From positions 69,529-85,164 of the forward strand of contig JBBIOR010000001.1 in assembly GCA_037443265.1 (NCBI GenBank): 15,636 nucleotides of DNA. The letters are read 5' to 3'. Under the pieces are notes generated by a model. The model made no database searches. It was not told the origin of the DNA and saw nothing but the letters and a program-made list of their open reading frames with translations. The stretch is from Candidatus Fraserbacteria bacterium. Its GTDB lineage: Bacteria > Bipolaricaulota > Bipolaricaulia > RBG-16-55-9. Below are positions 15,254-15,636 of this stretch, in pieces. Every line of letters begins with the position of its first letter. Position 1 is the first letter of the stretch. The position numbers and the translations under genes were made by a program.

Positions 15254-15636
15254 ATTGTGATGGAGTGAGGACGAGCCTTCCTTTCTGTTCCAGCTTACTG
15301 CGGCAATCGTCGGAGCGCTGCCACCAGAGCCTCTCGCTGAAGGCCACCCATTGCGGCAGGTTGCCCGACTGCGGCCGGAAGTTCTGGCTGTTCTCCAAGC
15401 ATTGATCCACGGCATAGAGGAAGACCGGATTGATGAGATAGATCACAGCTAGGTTCTCAGTCTCAAGCCGGGTGAACTCCCGGTAATATTCTTTGGCTCT
15501 TTCTGTGTCGAAGACGCGGGCTCCTTCTTCCAGAAGCTGCTCGGCGCGCTTCTCCCACTCCGGCGGGCCGTCTTTGGAGGAGTAGCGCCAGAAGTGCAAG
15601 AAGCCTGTGGTGCGCCAGACGTTGATGCCGGCCGTG
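15252..15636 (-). CDS. C-terminal fragment of a second family-5 ABC substrate-binding protein (5' end outside the window)
   Basis: The frame is open to the window edge (TAGINVWRTTGFLHFWRY...PPEWEKRAEQLLEEGARVFDTERAKEYY...ENLAVIYL). It aligns by eye with the first SBP's GAVNVVPCGTALHLYH...PTPEEQAI region and sits directly upstream of oppB. Confidence 0.85.
   Translation of the reverse strand, partial: TAGINVWRTTGFLHFWRYSSKDGPPEWEKRAEQLLEEGARVFDTERAKEYYREFTRLETENLAVIYLINPVFLYAVDQCLENSQNFRPQSGNLPQWVAFSERLWWQRSDDCRSKLEQKGRLVLTPSQ

Noticed and set aside
161..15260. Numerous antisense or alternative-frame ORFs (e.g. 161-922, 2092-2748, 6533-7333, 8046-8537, 10441-10965)
   Set aside because: They are shadow ORFs typical of high-GC coding DNA, largely overlapping better-supported genes, with no motifs or RBS.
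15203..15415. 70-aa ORF with a KKRKEKKRKEKK tail
   Set aside because: It is a translation artefact of the GAAAA repeat and overlaps the SBP in another frame.
1..15636. CRISPR array, tRNA, riboswitch, IS or prophage
   Set aside because: I saw no regularly spaced direct repeats, cloverleaf, recognisable aptamer consensus, transposase or integrase by eye; a covariance-model scan of 7733-8211 would be needed to exclude a structured RNA.

Overview
GC-rich, gene-dense bacterial window dominated by exported and envelope proteins; no rRNA, tRNA, CRISPR or mobile element is visible. From the + strand start: the 3' part of an Ig/cadherin-repeat surface protein ending in a domain that resembles Bacillus TapA (<1-1276), then a signal-peptide, beta-rich protein ending in Phe (candidate outer-membrane barrel, 1375-2688). 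On the - strand: a family-5 (Opp/Dpp) ABC substrate-binding protein (SBP), two permeases, and an orphan HxxxCxxC anti-sigma-like gene (2690-7732). Divergently on +: a secreted HEAT-like repeat protein (8212-9420) and a membrane-anchored SurA_N-TPR-DUF3105 protein (9584-12301). Finally a second, paralogous - strand SBP/permease cluster followed by a secreted DxDxDG-repeat protein (12302->15636). Neither ABC cluster shows an ATPase in the window. The non-coding DNA carries four gene-facing copies of YTGTCAG-N18-KATAATA alongside canonical TTGACA-type promoters, start-codon-less extended Shine-Dalgarno (SD) sequences in both divergent leaders, and a (GAAAA)6 intergenic tract. The protein styles remind me of Bipolaricaulota/Acetothermia, but this is an unverified impression. 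All family assignments are from motif recognition by eye, not from database searches.
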